The translations under genes were made by a program, and so were the position numbers. 23,701 bases of DNA from contig NC_057718.1 in the NCBI RefSeq assembly GCF_004010195.1, positions 34,621,239-34,644,939 of the forward strand, read 5' to 3'. Below are positions 8,399-20,274 of this stretch, in pieces (positions within the stretch are counted from its first letter, which is position 1; each line of letters opens with the position of its first letter). This stretch comes from Chiloscyllium plagiosum (lineage: Eukaryota). The notes under the pieces were generated by a model that had not been told where the DNA came from, did no database searches, and saw only the letters and a list, made by a program, of their open reading frames with translations.

Positions 8399-10542
8399 CA
8401 CCTTATGGTCTCATGTGACTCTTTATAATGTCGTGGTGAGGCTTTAGGATGGTGCCTTAATTTCAAGGTGCAATATAAGAATAGGTTACTGTTGTTATTA
8501 TCACATTCCTACTTGTGGGAACTTGCTGGGTATACTGGTGACTGCATTACCTTATAGCACTGCAAGCTCCCACACTAAAAGCGCTATATAGGTATAAGTT
8601 TTTCTTCCTTTGTCCTTCAAAGCAGATTGAAGAGAATGGAGAAAAATGCAGGGCCTTCTGTAAGTTCTCATGGCAGAGTGTGATAAAGAATTGCTGAGCT
8701 CTTTGGTGCTCCCAGACATCTTTTATTGCAAAGCACTGACATGCACGCTGATACCCCACCCCTCAACACTTACTCTACAACTTCCTTTCCTTCCTCCAAG
8801 TACTCCTCACTTTATAACAACTACTGCAGCTGCTTTTGAGAGTGGTTCTTTGTCCTTTTAATGAGGACTCTGCTTGCCTGGCACACAACTGCAGAGCATT
8901 CTGTCAAAATGATGAGATGCAGCACTGATTCCATCAACTACACCAGCCCCAACCAACTAAGTCTCCTACCAACCTCTGCATCATTCCGACTGAGTGCACA
9001 GGGTGAGCTGAGGGTGTTAATTAAAGACTTTATATCATTGGATTTGAATTGAGAAACTTCCACTTTCTTAAACATTAGAATAATCTCTAGAAGCAGCATG
9101 CTCCCAGAATGTTAAGTCAACTTCAGAAACAGCCGTCTTAATTTTGGCTTAAAAGGGATACCTACCGTCAGGCAAAGTCAGTCAGTCCCTCTTGAAAACT
9201 AAATTTCCACTGATCGGGCGGATGGGAGGCAGCTTGCAACTGTCACTGCTTTCTTTTGTAAGGTAAAGCTAAAAGATGTAAAACCTCATGCGTAGATCAT
9301 AAAGGATACTGTAAATGGTGTCATCTAAAGGTACACAGAAAGTATTGGACAATCTTGCATCGTGATCCACTCCTGAACTTTGTCTCTGGCTCTCTGCTGT
9401 GGCAGCTGACTGATGGTATGGATATGTATGCCAGTGCTATGGAATGTGCTAAGTCTGCGCCAAACAAAAGGAGCTCCAAGGAGCTCCAAGGACCTTTTTA
9501 TTTTCAACTGAATTAAGTCAGTTTGCATCCAGCCAACAGAAAACAACTCATATTACTTAAATTGTCCAATTGCCTCTCATTTTCTATTGTTAACATCAAA
9601 CTTTTAAATTTTTAGCTGGGATGAACATTGTTTTGTTTCTAAATGATGTTTCCCATTAAGGCTGCACTGTTATTACAATTACTGCGAGTAATTCCACACT
9701 TATTTTAGTTTAAGGCTGTAAAGGAGGAATGATTTTAAGCACACAAAACAGTTATAACCATCCTTCAGAAAACTGGTTCACTGAAATAATGCTGAGGTAG
9801 TTTCTGTCTCCTCTATTTTACATGAGAGGTGAACACCTATGAATAGAGACAACTTGAATCATGCTGAACATCTTATACCATTAGCCTTTCATGAGGTGTG
9901 TGAGAATAAAACGTTGTTGCTAGTAACAAAACCATTTGCTTATTTCGCAAGAATATAGTAATCCCCAATTTAATTCTGCATATAATTATTACTCAGGGAT
10001 TGAGTGGATGTAGCCAGCATGCTTTTAATTCTGTCAAATCTTTAAATCCAAAATTTAAAGTTACCACTGGGAACTAAGTACTCAAAGTGAAACTAAAAAC
10101 AAATTGGACTGTTTAATTCTAGCTGTACGTTTGTAGCCCAAAAATGTTTTTAATTTCCCAATAAACTGACAATGTTAGTCAGTTACATTTAGGCTGTTTT
10201 TTGTCGGGAAAGGGATATTTTGCACTAGTGCAATAAAAGATAACTTTTACTTTCATAATAATTGTAAGTATGAACATTATTTTGGCACATCAAAAAGAAA
10301 CAAGTGGATGAGGCTTAGATACCAGTGAAAACTGTTGAATATGGACAAGGAGGGAAATGTGGCACATTCATGGGGAGATGTATAAAATGATTTGATATGG
10401 CTCCTGGAATGAAATCAGGATGACAACACTTTGACAATGGTTTTATCTTCATTTGTTGGGCAATTGACATGAGAACTCTTCTCCCACCTGACCTTCCCAC
10501 CTTGGTTGATTATCTGTCTTAAAGTCTCTGGCAGCTGAAGAG

Positions 10543-13267
10543 ATTGAGACATGGGTACAGCAGGGTCAGGAACAGATGTTGCAGGTTTCAGGGTTTAGAA
10601 CTTTCATTAAGAACAGGGAAGNNNNNNNNNNNNNNNNNNNNNNNNNNTAGTCAAGAACATTATAACAGTGGCTGAAAGAACTTTTGATAAGGACTCATCT
10701 ACTGAGGTAGTGTGGGCTGAGGATAGAAACAAGAGCGGAGAGGTCACACTGCTGGGAACTTTTTATAGGCCTCCTCAGAGTTCCAAGGACATGAAGGAGA
10801 GGATCAGCAAAACGATTCTGGGTAGGAGTGAAAGGAACAGGGTGGTCATTGTGGAGGACTTTAACTGGAAATGCTATAACTCCATACGTCAGATGGATCA
10901 GTTTTTGTCTGCAGGAGGTTTTCCTGACACAGTATGTCAAAGGACCGACAAGAGGGGAGGCCACACTGGGAATGGTGCTTGGTAATGAATCAGGCCAGGT
11001 GTTTGATGTAGTGGCAGGTGAGCACTTTGGAGTGAGTGACTATAATTCAGTTACATTTAGTTTAGTGATGAAAAGAGATAGGTACATGGTAAGAATTATC
11101 AATGGGGGTAGGGGATTTATAATGCGATTAGACAAGACTTAGGATACATAGAATGGGGTAGCAAAATGCAGGGGATGGGGACAATCGAAATGTGAAGCTG
11201 GTTTAAGGAACAATATATTGTGTGTCCTTGATAGGTATGTCCCAGTCAGGCAGGGAGGAAGTGATAAGGTAATGGGACCATGATTTACGACAGAAATTGT
11301 GTCTCTTGTTAAGCGGAAGAAGGAGGCTTATATGACGATGAGACGAAATGGTTTAGATGAGGCGATGGAGAGTTACAGATTAGTTTGGAAGGATTTAAAG
11401 AGAGAGTTAAGAAGAGCAAAGAGAGGACATGAGAAGCTTTTGACAGGGAGAACAAAAGAGAACCCTAAAACTTTCTATAGGCATGTGAGGAATAAAAGGA
11501 TGATTAGGATAGGAATAGGGCCAGTCAAAGACAGAAGTGGGAAGTTGTGGGTGGACCCTGTGGAGATCAGAGTGGAGCTAGACGAATATTTCTCATCAGT
11601 TTTCACTCAGGAAAAGGAGAATATTGTCGAGGAGAAGAATGAGGTACGAGATATTAGACCAGAAAGGATCGAAGTGAGTAAGGAAGAAGTGTTATCAATT
11701 CTAGAAGGAGTGAAGGTAGACAAGTCCCCAGGGCCAGATAGGATTTATCGGAGGATTGACTGGGAAGCTAGGGAGGAGGTGTTGGAGCCTTTGGCTTTGA
11801 TCTTTGAGTCTTCATTGTCTACAGGCTTAGTATCAGAGGACTGGAAGATTGTAAATATTGTGCCCTTGCTCAAGAAGGGCAGTAGAGATGACCTAGGTAA
11901 TTATAGACCAGTGAGCCTTACATCTGTTGTAGGAAAAGTTTTGGAAAGGATTATGAGAGATAGGATTTATAATCATCTAGAAAGCAACAATTTGATTGCA
12001 GATAGATAACATAGTTTCATCAAGAGCAGGTCATGTCTCACAAACCTCATGGAAGTTTTTGAAAAGGTGACCAAGCATGTGGATGAGGGTAGGGCAGTTG
12101 ACGTAGTGTACATGGACTTCAGTAAAGCCTTTGATAAGGTTCCACATGGTAGGCTATTGGATAAAATGCAGAGGCATGGGATTGAGTGTGATTTAGCAGT
12201 TCGGATTAGAAACTGGCTTTCTGTAAGAAGGCAGCGAGTGGTGGTTGATGCTAAATATTCAACCTGGAGTCTGGTTACTAGTGGTGTGCCACAAGGATCT
12301 GTTTTGGGACCACTGCTGTTTGTTATTTTTATAAATGACTTGGCCGCAGGCATAGGTAGATGTGTTAATAAGTTTGCAGATGACACTAAAGTCAGTGGAG
12401 TAGTGGACAGTGTGGAAGAATGTTGCAGGTTGCAAGGAGACTAGGTTAAACTGCAGAATTGGGCTGAGAGGTGGCAAATGGAGTTCAATGCAGATAAATA
12501 TGAGATGATTCACTTTGGGAAGAATAACAAGAAGGCAGAATACTGGTTCAATGGAAAAATTATTGGTAGTGTGAATGTGCAGAGGGATCTTGGAGTCCGT
12601 GTACATAGATGCCTGAAAGTTGCACCCAGGTTGATAGTGCTGTTAAGAAGGCATACAGTGTGTTAGGTTGTTTTGATAGAGGGATTGAGTTCTGGAGCCA
12701 TAATGTCATGCTGCAACTATACAAAGTGCTAGTGCAGCCGCACTTGGAATATTGTGTACAGTTCTAGTCACCCCATTACAGGAAGGATTTGAAAGCATTG
12801 GAAAAAGTGCAGAGAAGATTTACTAGGATGCTGCCTGGTCTGGAGGGAAGGTCTTATGAGGAAAGGCTGAGAGACTTGGGTCTGTTCTCATTGGAAAGAA
12901 GAAGGCTAAGAGGGATTTGATAGAGACATACAAAATGATGTGGACAGAGTAGACAGTGTAAGTCTTTTTTCCTAGGATGATGATGTTAGCTTGTATGAGG
13001 GGGTATAGCTACAAATTGAGGGGTGATAGATTTAAGACAGATGTCAGAGGCAGGTTCTTTACTCAGAGAGTGGTAAGGGCGTGGAATGCCCTGCCTGCCA
13101 ATACAGTTAACCCAGTCACGTTAGGGAGATTTAAACAATCCTTGGATAAGCACATGGATGATGATGGGTTAGTGTAGGGGGATGGGCTTAGATTAGTTCA
13201 CAGGTTGGCAAAACATTGAGGGCTGAAGGGCCTGTTCTGTGCTGTATTGTTCTATATTCTATGTTCT
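10543..13267 (+). mobile_element. CR1 LINE, near-complete ORF2 (APE endonuclease + RT) and 3' UTR, pseudogenised
   Basis: IETW, FYRPP, EDFN, SDYN (endonuclease); KSPGPD, NYRPVSLTSVVGKVLE, YMDFSKAFDKVPH, SGVPQGSVLGPLLF, KFADD (RT); split over ORFs 10668-10985, 10828-11142, 11299-12009, 12049-12444, 12478-12666, 12977-13177 by stops and frameshifts; ttctat-type tail. Confidence 0.97.
10622..10647. other. Assembly gap (26 N)
   Basis: Run of N inside the CR1 endonuclease region. Confidence 1.
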
Positions 13268-13943
13268 GTGAAATTGTATCACAGCCAGTATGCTTATCCA
13301 AAAACAATGGTGCCTTTTTGAGTATGCACTTATTTGGTCCTGGTGACATTAATAGGACTTGGCGATAACTTCTCCTCATAGACCTCAAAGAGAACACAAA
13401 ACTTTGAAGACTTAACTTTGCATTATTCCCAAAGAGAATAGAACCCAGGCATCGGATACTTTATCTCTGTAAACTGGAGAAAGAAGGGCTTTGCCACCAT
13501 TCATTACTTTCTGCACTTACTGTCAGGGCACCGTTACACTGTAACACCAGTGATGTCAGTATACCACATTATGTTGTTTGTCTTTCTTTCCAATACTGCT
13601 GGGAATTAAAGGCTGCTCGGAAGGTGAACATACAATATTAATGAATGAGGATTTGTGAATGTGACCCTATACTTTTAGATTCAAGTGCGACTCTGGCAAT
13701 AGTTTATGGCATCTACAAAAGGAATGGATTTCTACTGAAATTAGTCTGCTGGATTTCTCCCACTTTATATAACAGAGTATTGTTACAATGGTCGAGCTTT
13801 GCACTTGCCATCGAAGGCACTCTATCATCATAAAAGTGCCTTTAAGTAGTGCATCCATTCAGGTATTGATGAATCAACGAGATCCATTCTTGTTTGATAA
13901 TCCTCTTTACTACAGCCTTAGTGATGAAGCCACAGACACAGAT

Positions 13944-14157
13944 TTGAAAGCTTTTTTTTCACACTGCATATCCTGTTTGAGGAGCTGAAGGGCAATTCAA
14001 TCTCCTCTTCTGAAGTGCATATGGCTTAAGTGCATAAAATTAAAGTCTTCAAACAAATTCTTGTATGGTTCCACATTCTCTGTTCTCCCTCAATTCTCCC
14101 TAGATACATGTTCAGCTTAAAGAGGGAGTCAGAAAGCATTAGGATCGATTTTCACAT
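13944..14157. repeat. ~210-bp dispersed direct repeat, copy 1
   Basis: Aligns with 17154-17358; 16 differences over an ungapped 111-nt core. Confidence 0.9.
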
Positions 14158-14444
14158 ATCACCTTGTTATTTGTTTTGGTTAAGCAATAAGTAACTGGTG
14201 ACACTTTTAAGCGCAAAGTGGTTATTATAATCTGAAGAGAACAACTGAATTAGCATTTTACCAGTTAAAGCTGAAGTACTGAGTCACTGAAATTGATGGC
14301 TATCAGTACCAACTGTTTTGAATCAACTTCTTTTTATTGCAGAAATAAGTAAACTATCTAAAACAGAATCCCAGATAACACTAGAGCACTCTGTGACCCA
14401 CTGTAAAGAAATCAGCACAAACAGATAGGGAAGGAATAAAGTTA

Positions 14445-14514
14445 TTTCTGTTTTTACTCTGTTTTGGAACTGCTTACTGAGCATTCACAGTTTATGTAGA
14501 TACAGGGAACATTA
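14445..14514 (+). repeat. 70-bp direct repeat, copy 1
   Basis: 69/70 identical to 15606-15675. Confidence 0.95.
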
Positions 14515-14542
14515 TTTCGTTGGTTTCCTTTTCTGATTATCT

Positions 14543-14576
<34 letters not shown>
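14543..14576. repeat. (TC)n microsatellite
   Basis: About 17 TC units with one interruption. Confidence 0.95.
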
Positions 14577-14769
14577 AGGTGAAATAATAAGAGGGTTAGT
14601 GGGATCAGAATTCACCAACTGTTCATTTCATGTTTTCTAATGAAAAATCAGTGATTCCCTCAGAATGAGAATGAAGCTTGCTTCTGGGATGGGAAATCTT
14701 TTAACATAAAGAGACTTTTGCATTGTATCTTCCACGTCGTTTCAGCCGATCAGGAAACCCTCCTGCTTT

Positions 14770-15000
14770 AAGGATATGGGATAAGCGATTTAGGATTGAG
14801 ATGAGGAGAACTTTCTTCACCTGGAAAGTGTTGAGCCCATGGTATTGTCTTCAACAGAAAGTGAATTGAGGGCAAAACATTGAATTTTCAAAAAAAGTTA
14901 GATATAGTTCATAGGGCTAAAGGGATCAAAGAGTGTATGTATGGAGGAACAGGGTACTGAGTTGGAGAGGCCAACAGTCTATTCTGCTTCTATTTTTGAT
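14770..15000 (+). mobile_element. Old CR1 3' end
   Basis: FRIEMRRTFFTWKVLSPW (cf. FKTDVRGRFFTQRVVRAW at ~13031-13084); gctaaagggatcaaag; ctattctgcttctatt tail. Confidence 0.75.
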
Positions 15001-15605
15001 ATTTACCACTTGCCATAGACGTATCAGATGGGTTCAGATATTGATAATCAATATGTGTGACTACTCTGTGTCACATGTTCCACAACTATCACTCGAGGTG
15101 ATACTGGGTATTAGTGGGTGGGGAAGGCGGGACTAATTATTCAGAGATAATGACAATTAAGCCTGTGCAGAGGATCCCTCAGTAAAAGGTATTACAGATC
15201 AATGGTCCAAGCATCGGGAAGGGACAGGCCTCAGAGTTCCTCGCTGGTGGCACCCTGTGACCTTCCTCCTGTCATCATTCAACACTGATGTGGGATTTGG
15301 CAAAAATCCTTGATCTTGATTCTGCTGGAAGCAGTCACTACCCCTCCTGTTGTGCTGTCATTCATACAGCCTTCAGGCTCTGATTGACAGGCAACTCAGA
15401 CTGTAGGTCTTCCACCTGCATCTGGATCTCAGGCTAGGTCTGCCACTGGCCTGTCAACTGACCAAGTGGAACAAGATGGGTCTTTCCAAAATGAGCAAAA
15501 GTGGGGTTCCTACTAGTTCTCTAACTGGTGGCCAATAGCCACACCACATCCACAAGATTCTGCCCATTAACTCTCTTTGCCAGACATGCTGAATATTTCA
15601 ACAAT

Positions 15606-15675
15606 TTTCTGTTTTTACTCTGTTTTGGAACTGGTTACTGAGCATTCACAGTTTATGTAGATACAGGGAACATTA
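15606..15675 (+). repeat. 70-bp direct repeat, copy 2
   Basis: See 14445-14514. Confidence 0.95.
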
Positions 15676-15904
15676 AAACTGGGCCCAATTATTTTACAGG
15701 ATGGCGGTGCATAGATTTCCAGCCATTTCAATGAATAATGATCAGCAGGAGCTTGTTCAATTTTTCCACCCCTGGCCTAGACACACCAGAGCTGGCTGCT
15801 TTCTGCATTGGCAGCTGAAATCACAACACTCACCAAAACAGGTCTTTCTGTGATCGCAAACAAGTGAAAGGTTGTGCTTACTGAAAACATAGATCGAAGA
15901 AATG

Positions 15905-15995
15905 GGCTTACGTGGTGCAGTCCCTACCTCTGGGCGTGGAAGCCTGGGTTCAAGTCCAATCTGCTGCAGAGATGTGTCAGAACAGGTCGAAAAAT
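15905..15995 (+). mobile_element. tRNA-derived SINE head fragment
   Basis: gtggtgcagt...cctgggttcaagtcc (B box); no intact cloverleaf. Confidence 0.45.
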
Positions 15996-16130
15996 ACTGA
16001 TGAAAAGCATCTAGTTACAATATCATCGCAACAATCATCTGACTCCATTCACTGTTAACCAAACCTCCACTGGAAATTTGAACGTAACATTACATCAAAA
16101 AAAACATGCAGTTATATAGCTCCAGGATGC

Positions 16131-16553
16131 TAAGACCATAAAACATAGGAGTGGAAGTAAGGCCAATTGGCCCATTGAGTCCACTCCGCCAGTTAATCAT
16201 GGCTGATGGGAGTTCCAACTCCATTTACCCACACTCTCCCCGTAGCCCTTAATTTCTTGCGAGATCAAGAATTTATCAATCTCTGCCTTGAAGATATTTA
16301 ATATCGTGCCTCCACTGCGCTCTGTGGCAATGAATTCCACAGGCCCACCACTCTCTGGCTGAAGAAATGTTTCCTCATTCCCGTTATAAATTGACCTCCT
16401 CTAATTCTAAGGCTGTGCCCACAGGTCCTAGTCTCCCCGCCTAAGGGAAACAACTTCCCAGCATCCACCCTTTCTAAGCCATGCAATATCTTGTAAGTTT
16501 CTATTAGATCTCCCCTCAACCTTCTAAACTCTAATGAATACAATCACAGGATC
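16131..16553 (-). mobile_element. CR1 LINE 3' end
   Basis: ORF 16298-16543(-) YSLEFRRLRGDLIETYKILHGLERVD...FFSQRVVGLWNSLP, plus 3' UTR and tail. Confidence 0.93.
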
Positions 16554-16562
16554 AATTTGCCT

Positions 16563-16810
16563 GAAGTGCTTCATAACAAATTGATAACTTTTGTAATGTA
16601 GTTATTGTCATAACATCAAAAACACAGCAGCTAATTTTATGCACAGCAAACTCCCAAAAGCAGCATCATGGCGATGACCAAATAATTTTTTTTTCTAGTG
16701 ATCTTCACTATGGCAACAGGTGCTATTCTCTTGTACTCCAAAAGTAATGCCAAGGTACTTCAGACTCATTTGACAGGACAGAAGACATTTTCATTTCATG
16801 TCTTGTCTGC
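16563..16810 (-). mobile_element. Decayed Deu-domain SINE
   Basis: acagcagctaattttatgcacagcaaactcccaaaagcagc is the reverse complement of the Deu-SINE 3' region gctgtttgtgggagcttgctgtgc..aaattggctgc. Confidence 0.65.
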
Positions 16811-17153
16811 AGGAAATGTATAACCAAGCAGCTCATGGAAAAATTATAGTTTATGCTAGGCGGTGTTAATTGTAACTCTTTGTAAATAGGAATGGGGTGG
16901 CATGTGAGATTCTTTCTTTAAATCTATGCATTTGTGAATTTATAATTATGAGCATTTACGGATAATGGCCCCTTTGTTAAGTTACATCTACTACCATTGG
17001 TTGGTTCGGTGGTATTGAAATTAGAGACACATTCTGAGACTTTCACTCACAGTTGCACAATGAAATTCAGCCACAAATTTGTTTTTTAAGACATCGTGGA
17101 TAATGACGTAAGATCCCAGGAGGCTAAGTGGTACCCTTACGCACTATGAAAAG

Positions 17154-17358
17154 TTGAAAGCTTTCTTTCCACACTCGACATATCCTGTTTGAGAAGCTGC
17201 AGGGCAATTCAATCCCCTCCTCTGAAGTACATATGGCGCAAGTGCATACAATTAAAATCTTTAAACAAATTCCTGTGTCATTCTACATTCTCTCTCTCCT
17301 CCTTCAGTTTAAACGAAATAACGAGGGAGTCAGAAAGCATTTGAATCAATTTTCCCAT
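17154..17358. repeat. ~210-bp dispersed direct repeat, copy 2
   Basis: See 13944-14157. Confidence 0.9.
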
Positions 17359-18213
17359 TTGATTTCTTTCACTATTTTTGTAATTTAAAAGTGATTGTTG
17401 AATACATTGTCAGAGGAATGACTTGTGAGTCTTACAAATTGATGGGAAAATCTATTTAGCATATACCCGAATAAAACCGGGGCTTGTTCATCGAATCAAG
17501 CTGCAAAGTGACGTCAGTTTCACTGAGGGAATGAATAAACTCTCCAAACCAGGACCACATGTAATCAGGCAGAACTCATGAAATGATAATGTGGCCAGAG
17601 GATCCAGCAGGACAAAACACAAAGCCTTGTCTGCATCGATGTCTCAATTGATTTGCAATCCCCATAGCTCCTTGTTTCTCATTGTTTCAAAAATCTTCTG
17701 ATTTGGCTTTCTTTAATCACCTTTCTTTAAGGTGGGTGACTTCATGCTTCCACACATTTGAACTCCATCAATCCTTTTTTTTCACAATCTCTTAGTCTTC
17801 CATGTCTGTTTGCAACCTTGTAAACTTACCTTATATTGCTTTCCCACATTGTGTCATCTGCCATCATGAATGCATTCCTTCATTTACCTCATGGAGATAT
17901 AAAGCGAAAAGCTGAGACCCTCGTTCTGAATGCTGGTGAACTTGTTTATGATCAGTAAATGTCTTATCCCTGAAGTTTGCCTTCCTTAAAATTCAAACCA
18001 GAGGCAAAATACTGCAGCTGCTGAAGATCTGTTGAGAATAAAAGCAGGAAACAGAAGATAAAGCACCTACAGGTCAGGCAGATTATGCAAGGGAAGGGAC
18101 ATTGAGAAATGCAAAAACTTGCAGCCTTAGCTTCTGCATGGGCAGTGGGGTAATTTCAGCTTGGAACCTGGCAAGACAAGTTGTAAGCATTTCAGTTCAG
18201 TCTTCTGAAAGGT

Positions 18214-18300
18214 GTAAAAACAATGACTGCAGATGCTGGAAACCAGATTCTGGATTAGTGGTGCTGGAAGAGCACAGCAGTTCAGGCAGCATCCGAGGAG
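18214..18300 (-). mobile_element. Single-arm copy of subfamily A Penelope-like terminus
   Basis: Near-identical to 23475-23561; no return arm and no TSD seen. Confidence 0.85.
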
Positions 18301-18589
18301 TGCCATTAAAAACCAAACTTCAGTACCATCGATCAGTTAGGAATGACAGTGGGATGATGGGCTACGTATATGAATGAGTGTGCAAGATTTAAAAATTCAG
18401 TGTCAACCTTCACAGTGGCTACAGTGAGATTAATAATGAGAGAATTCGTTCAATTAACTTGTGGAGGATATGGAAGCAAGACATGGAAGGGGGTGCAGTA
18501 TATTTAACCTTGGTGGTTATAATGGAGATAGTGACGGAATGTAGGCAGGTGGTGGAGGTAAAGAGGTCTGTTGCTGCTGTACCTTTGTT

Positions 18590-18960
18590 GTAGTCATAAC
18601 CGCTGAATCAGTGTGCTGGTTACCAAGAGCAAGTTCTGCCTGCAGGTGAAGCTTATATGGATGAGGGTGTTACAGGCTTCCCTGGCGTGGACGTCAATGG
18701 CCAATAGCATCAGTGTGACATCTGGATGGATGTGTTCCATTGGCCCATTGTCATCTTCTTTCACTTTCTCATCCTCGTCCTCTCTGGAGGCTGTCCCCAA
18801 AGTCAAATCCTGGAATCAAATTTCAATCAAAGTAATGGGCTGCTTGATGTTTGCTTTGGTTGTCCAAAGGCATTGACCTTGTGGTGGGTGTGCTGTCTTC
18901 CTCTATGTCTTAATCTATGAACAAATCACACATGGCTGCATCCAATTGCATTGTGTGTGG
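18590..18960 (-). pseudogene. Possible Harbinger (PIF/HARBI1-like) transposase relic, internally deleted
   Basis: Minus strand gives NAIGCSHV (18929-18952; cf. GAIDCTHV), TTKANIKQPITLIEI*FQDL (cf. TR..IE..FG.LK.RFRCL), then an acidic EDEDE tract and AREACNTLI..F, in the expected order. Confidence 0.45.
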
Positions 18961-19586
18961 CAACTGCTGCTTATCTTTCAGTTGCTGGCCAGTGCCCGTG
19001 TCCACAGAAATGGATAGACATGCGGCTCTAAGCTCTCCTTCTGACCTCATAACAGGTCCTCTGCAGGACTGAAGACACACGGGTCTGGAGCTCTGGTAAA
19101 TTGTAAAGTTATGCTGCAAGAGATAATGGTTTTAACAAGTTACTCCTGTTTGAAGCCTCTGCCAATGGCCGATCTCTGCTTTGCCACTTTCCTACCTTAT
19201 TGCACTGAATGTTCACTTATATCCATTACAAACTCTTGTTCTGTTACCTCCTCTAACTTGCCAAGCTGAAGATGCTATGTATGAAGCATGTGATGGGAAA
19301 ATAGCTCTGATCTATCTCATTAAATATTTCAATTGACTTCCCATTGCCACTACATGGGTTACAGACAGGGTGCACAAACCTGTCCCTGGAAAAATACCAG
19401 AGGAGGCAAGAAGGTATGAGGATGCCAACCCAACACATTTCATTCTAATCTTCCCATCCCACACCTCCAAACTCACCTTCAATGACCTGGGGGAAACTAC
19501 CCTAAGGCTAATTTGAAGGTTTTTTTTAATCTAAGGAAATGCCAGTGAAATTCAATCAAAAAACCTTAATTGGCAAATTGCCTTTT

Positions 19587-19895
19587 AGAAGGTTCGAATC
19601 CCTACAGTGTGGAAACAAGCCCTTCGGCCCAACAAGTCCACACCAACCCTCTGAAGTGTATCCCACCCAAACCTATTCACCAACATTTACCCCTGACTAA
19701 TCCACCTAACCTACATATCCCCGAACACAATGGGCAACTTAGCATGGCCAATTCACCTGACCTGCACATCTTTAGATTATGGGAGGAAACCCACACAACA
19801 CAGGGAGAATGTGTAAACTCCACACAGACAGTCCTGGAATTGATTGGCCTCTGGCACAATGAAGAAGCAGCACTAACCACTGAGCCACTGTGCTG
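19587..19895 (-). mobile_element. HE1-type SINE, older copy
   Basis: Colinear with 4359-4660, with more substitutions and small deletions. Confidence 0.88.
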
Positions 19896-20274
19896 GCCCC
19901 AAAGCACTTTGAGGCATGAGTGGGGATAGAACCAATAAATTGCTGTGGCAAGCAAAAAAAATGCTGGTCATTGTTAGTTTGCCTTTTCCTGTTTAATGTT
20001 GACAACATTTCACTTTGTACGTTGCTGTAATGAAGCGGGAAGCAGGGCAGCCCCCTTTACCGAGCATCTCGGATTGGAATAAACAAAGGCAATTGGCTGA
20101 GGGTATCCTTTTTCACCAATCTGATTGGAAATAGGGTGATGAACAGGGCATACTCTGAACATTGAACTATGAGTTACAGTGGTGAGATCACTGCTAAATC
20201 AACTAAAGAAAGATAAATAGATCTGGCAAGAAAGGCTTCATTAAGGAAAAAAAGCAGTAAGAGGCAGAAATAAA

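Noticed and set aside
8626..8659. Micro-exon with pyrimidine tract and gtaagt donor
   Set aside because: The pyrimidine tract appears to be the tail of a SINE/L2 relic; no supporting frame context
9262..9515. 84-codon stop-free plus-strand frame (GKAKRCKTSCVDHKGYCKWCHLK...)
   Set aside because: Weak acceptor, no recognisable homology; length is within chance expectation
11299..12444. 236-aa and 131-aa RT-like ORFs as a functional or domesticated reverse transcriptase
   Set aside because: Ordinary CR1 ORF2 broken by stops (12007-12009, 12442-12444) and frameshifts; 11973-12386(-) is the usual antisense shadow frame
15100..15566. Possible non-autonomous DNA transposon ending aagattctgccc
   Set aside because: I could not locate a matching left terminal inverted repeat, so no supportable boundaries
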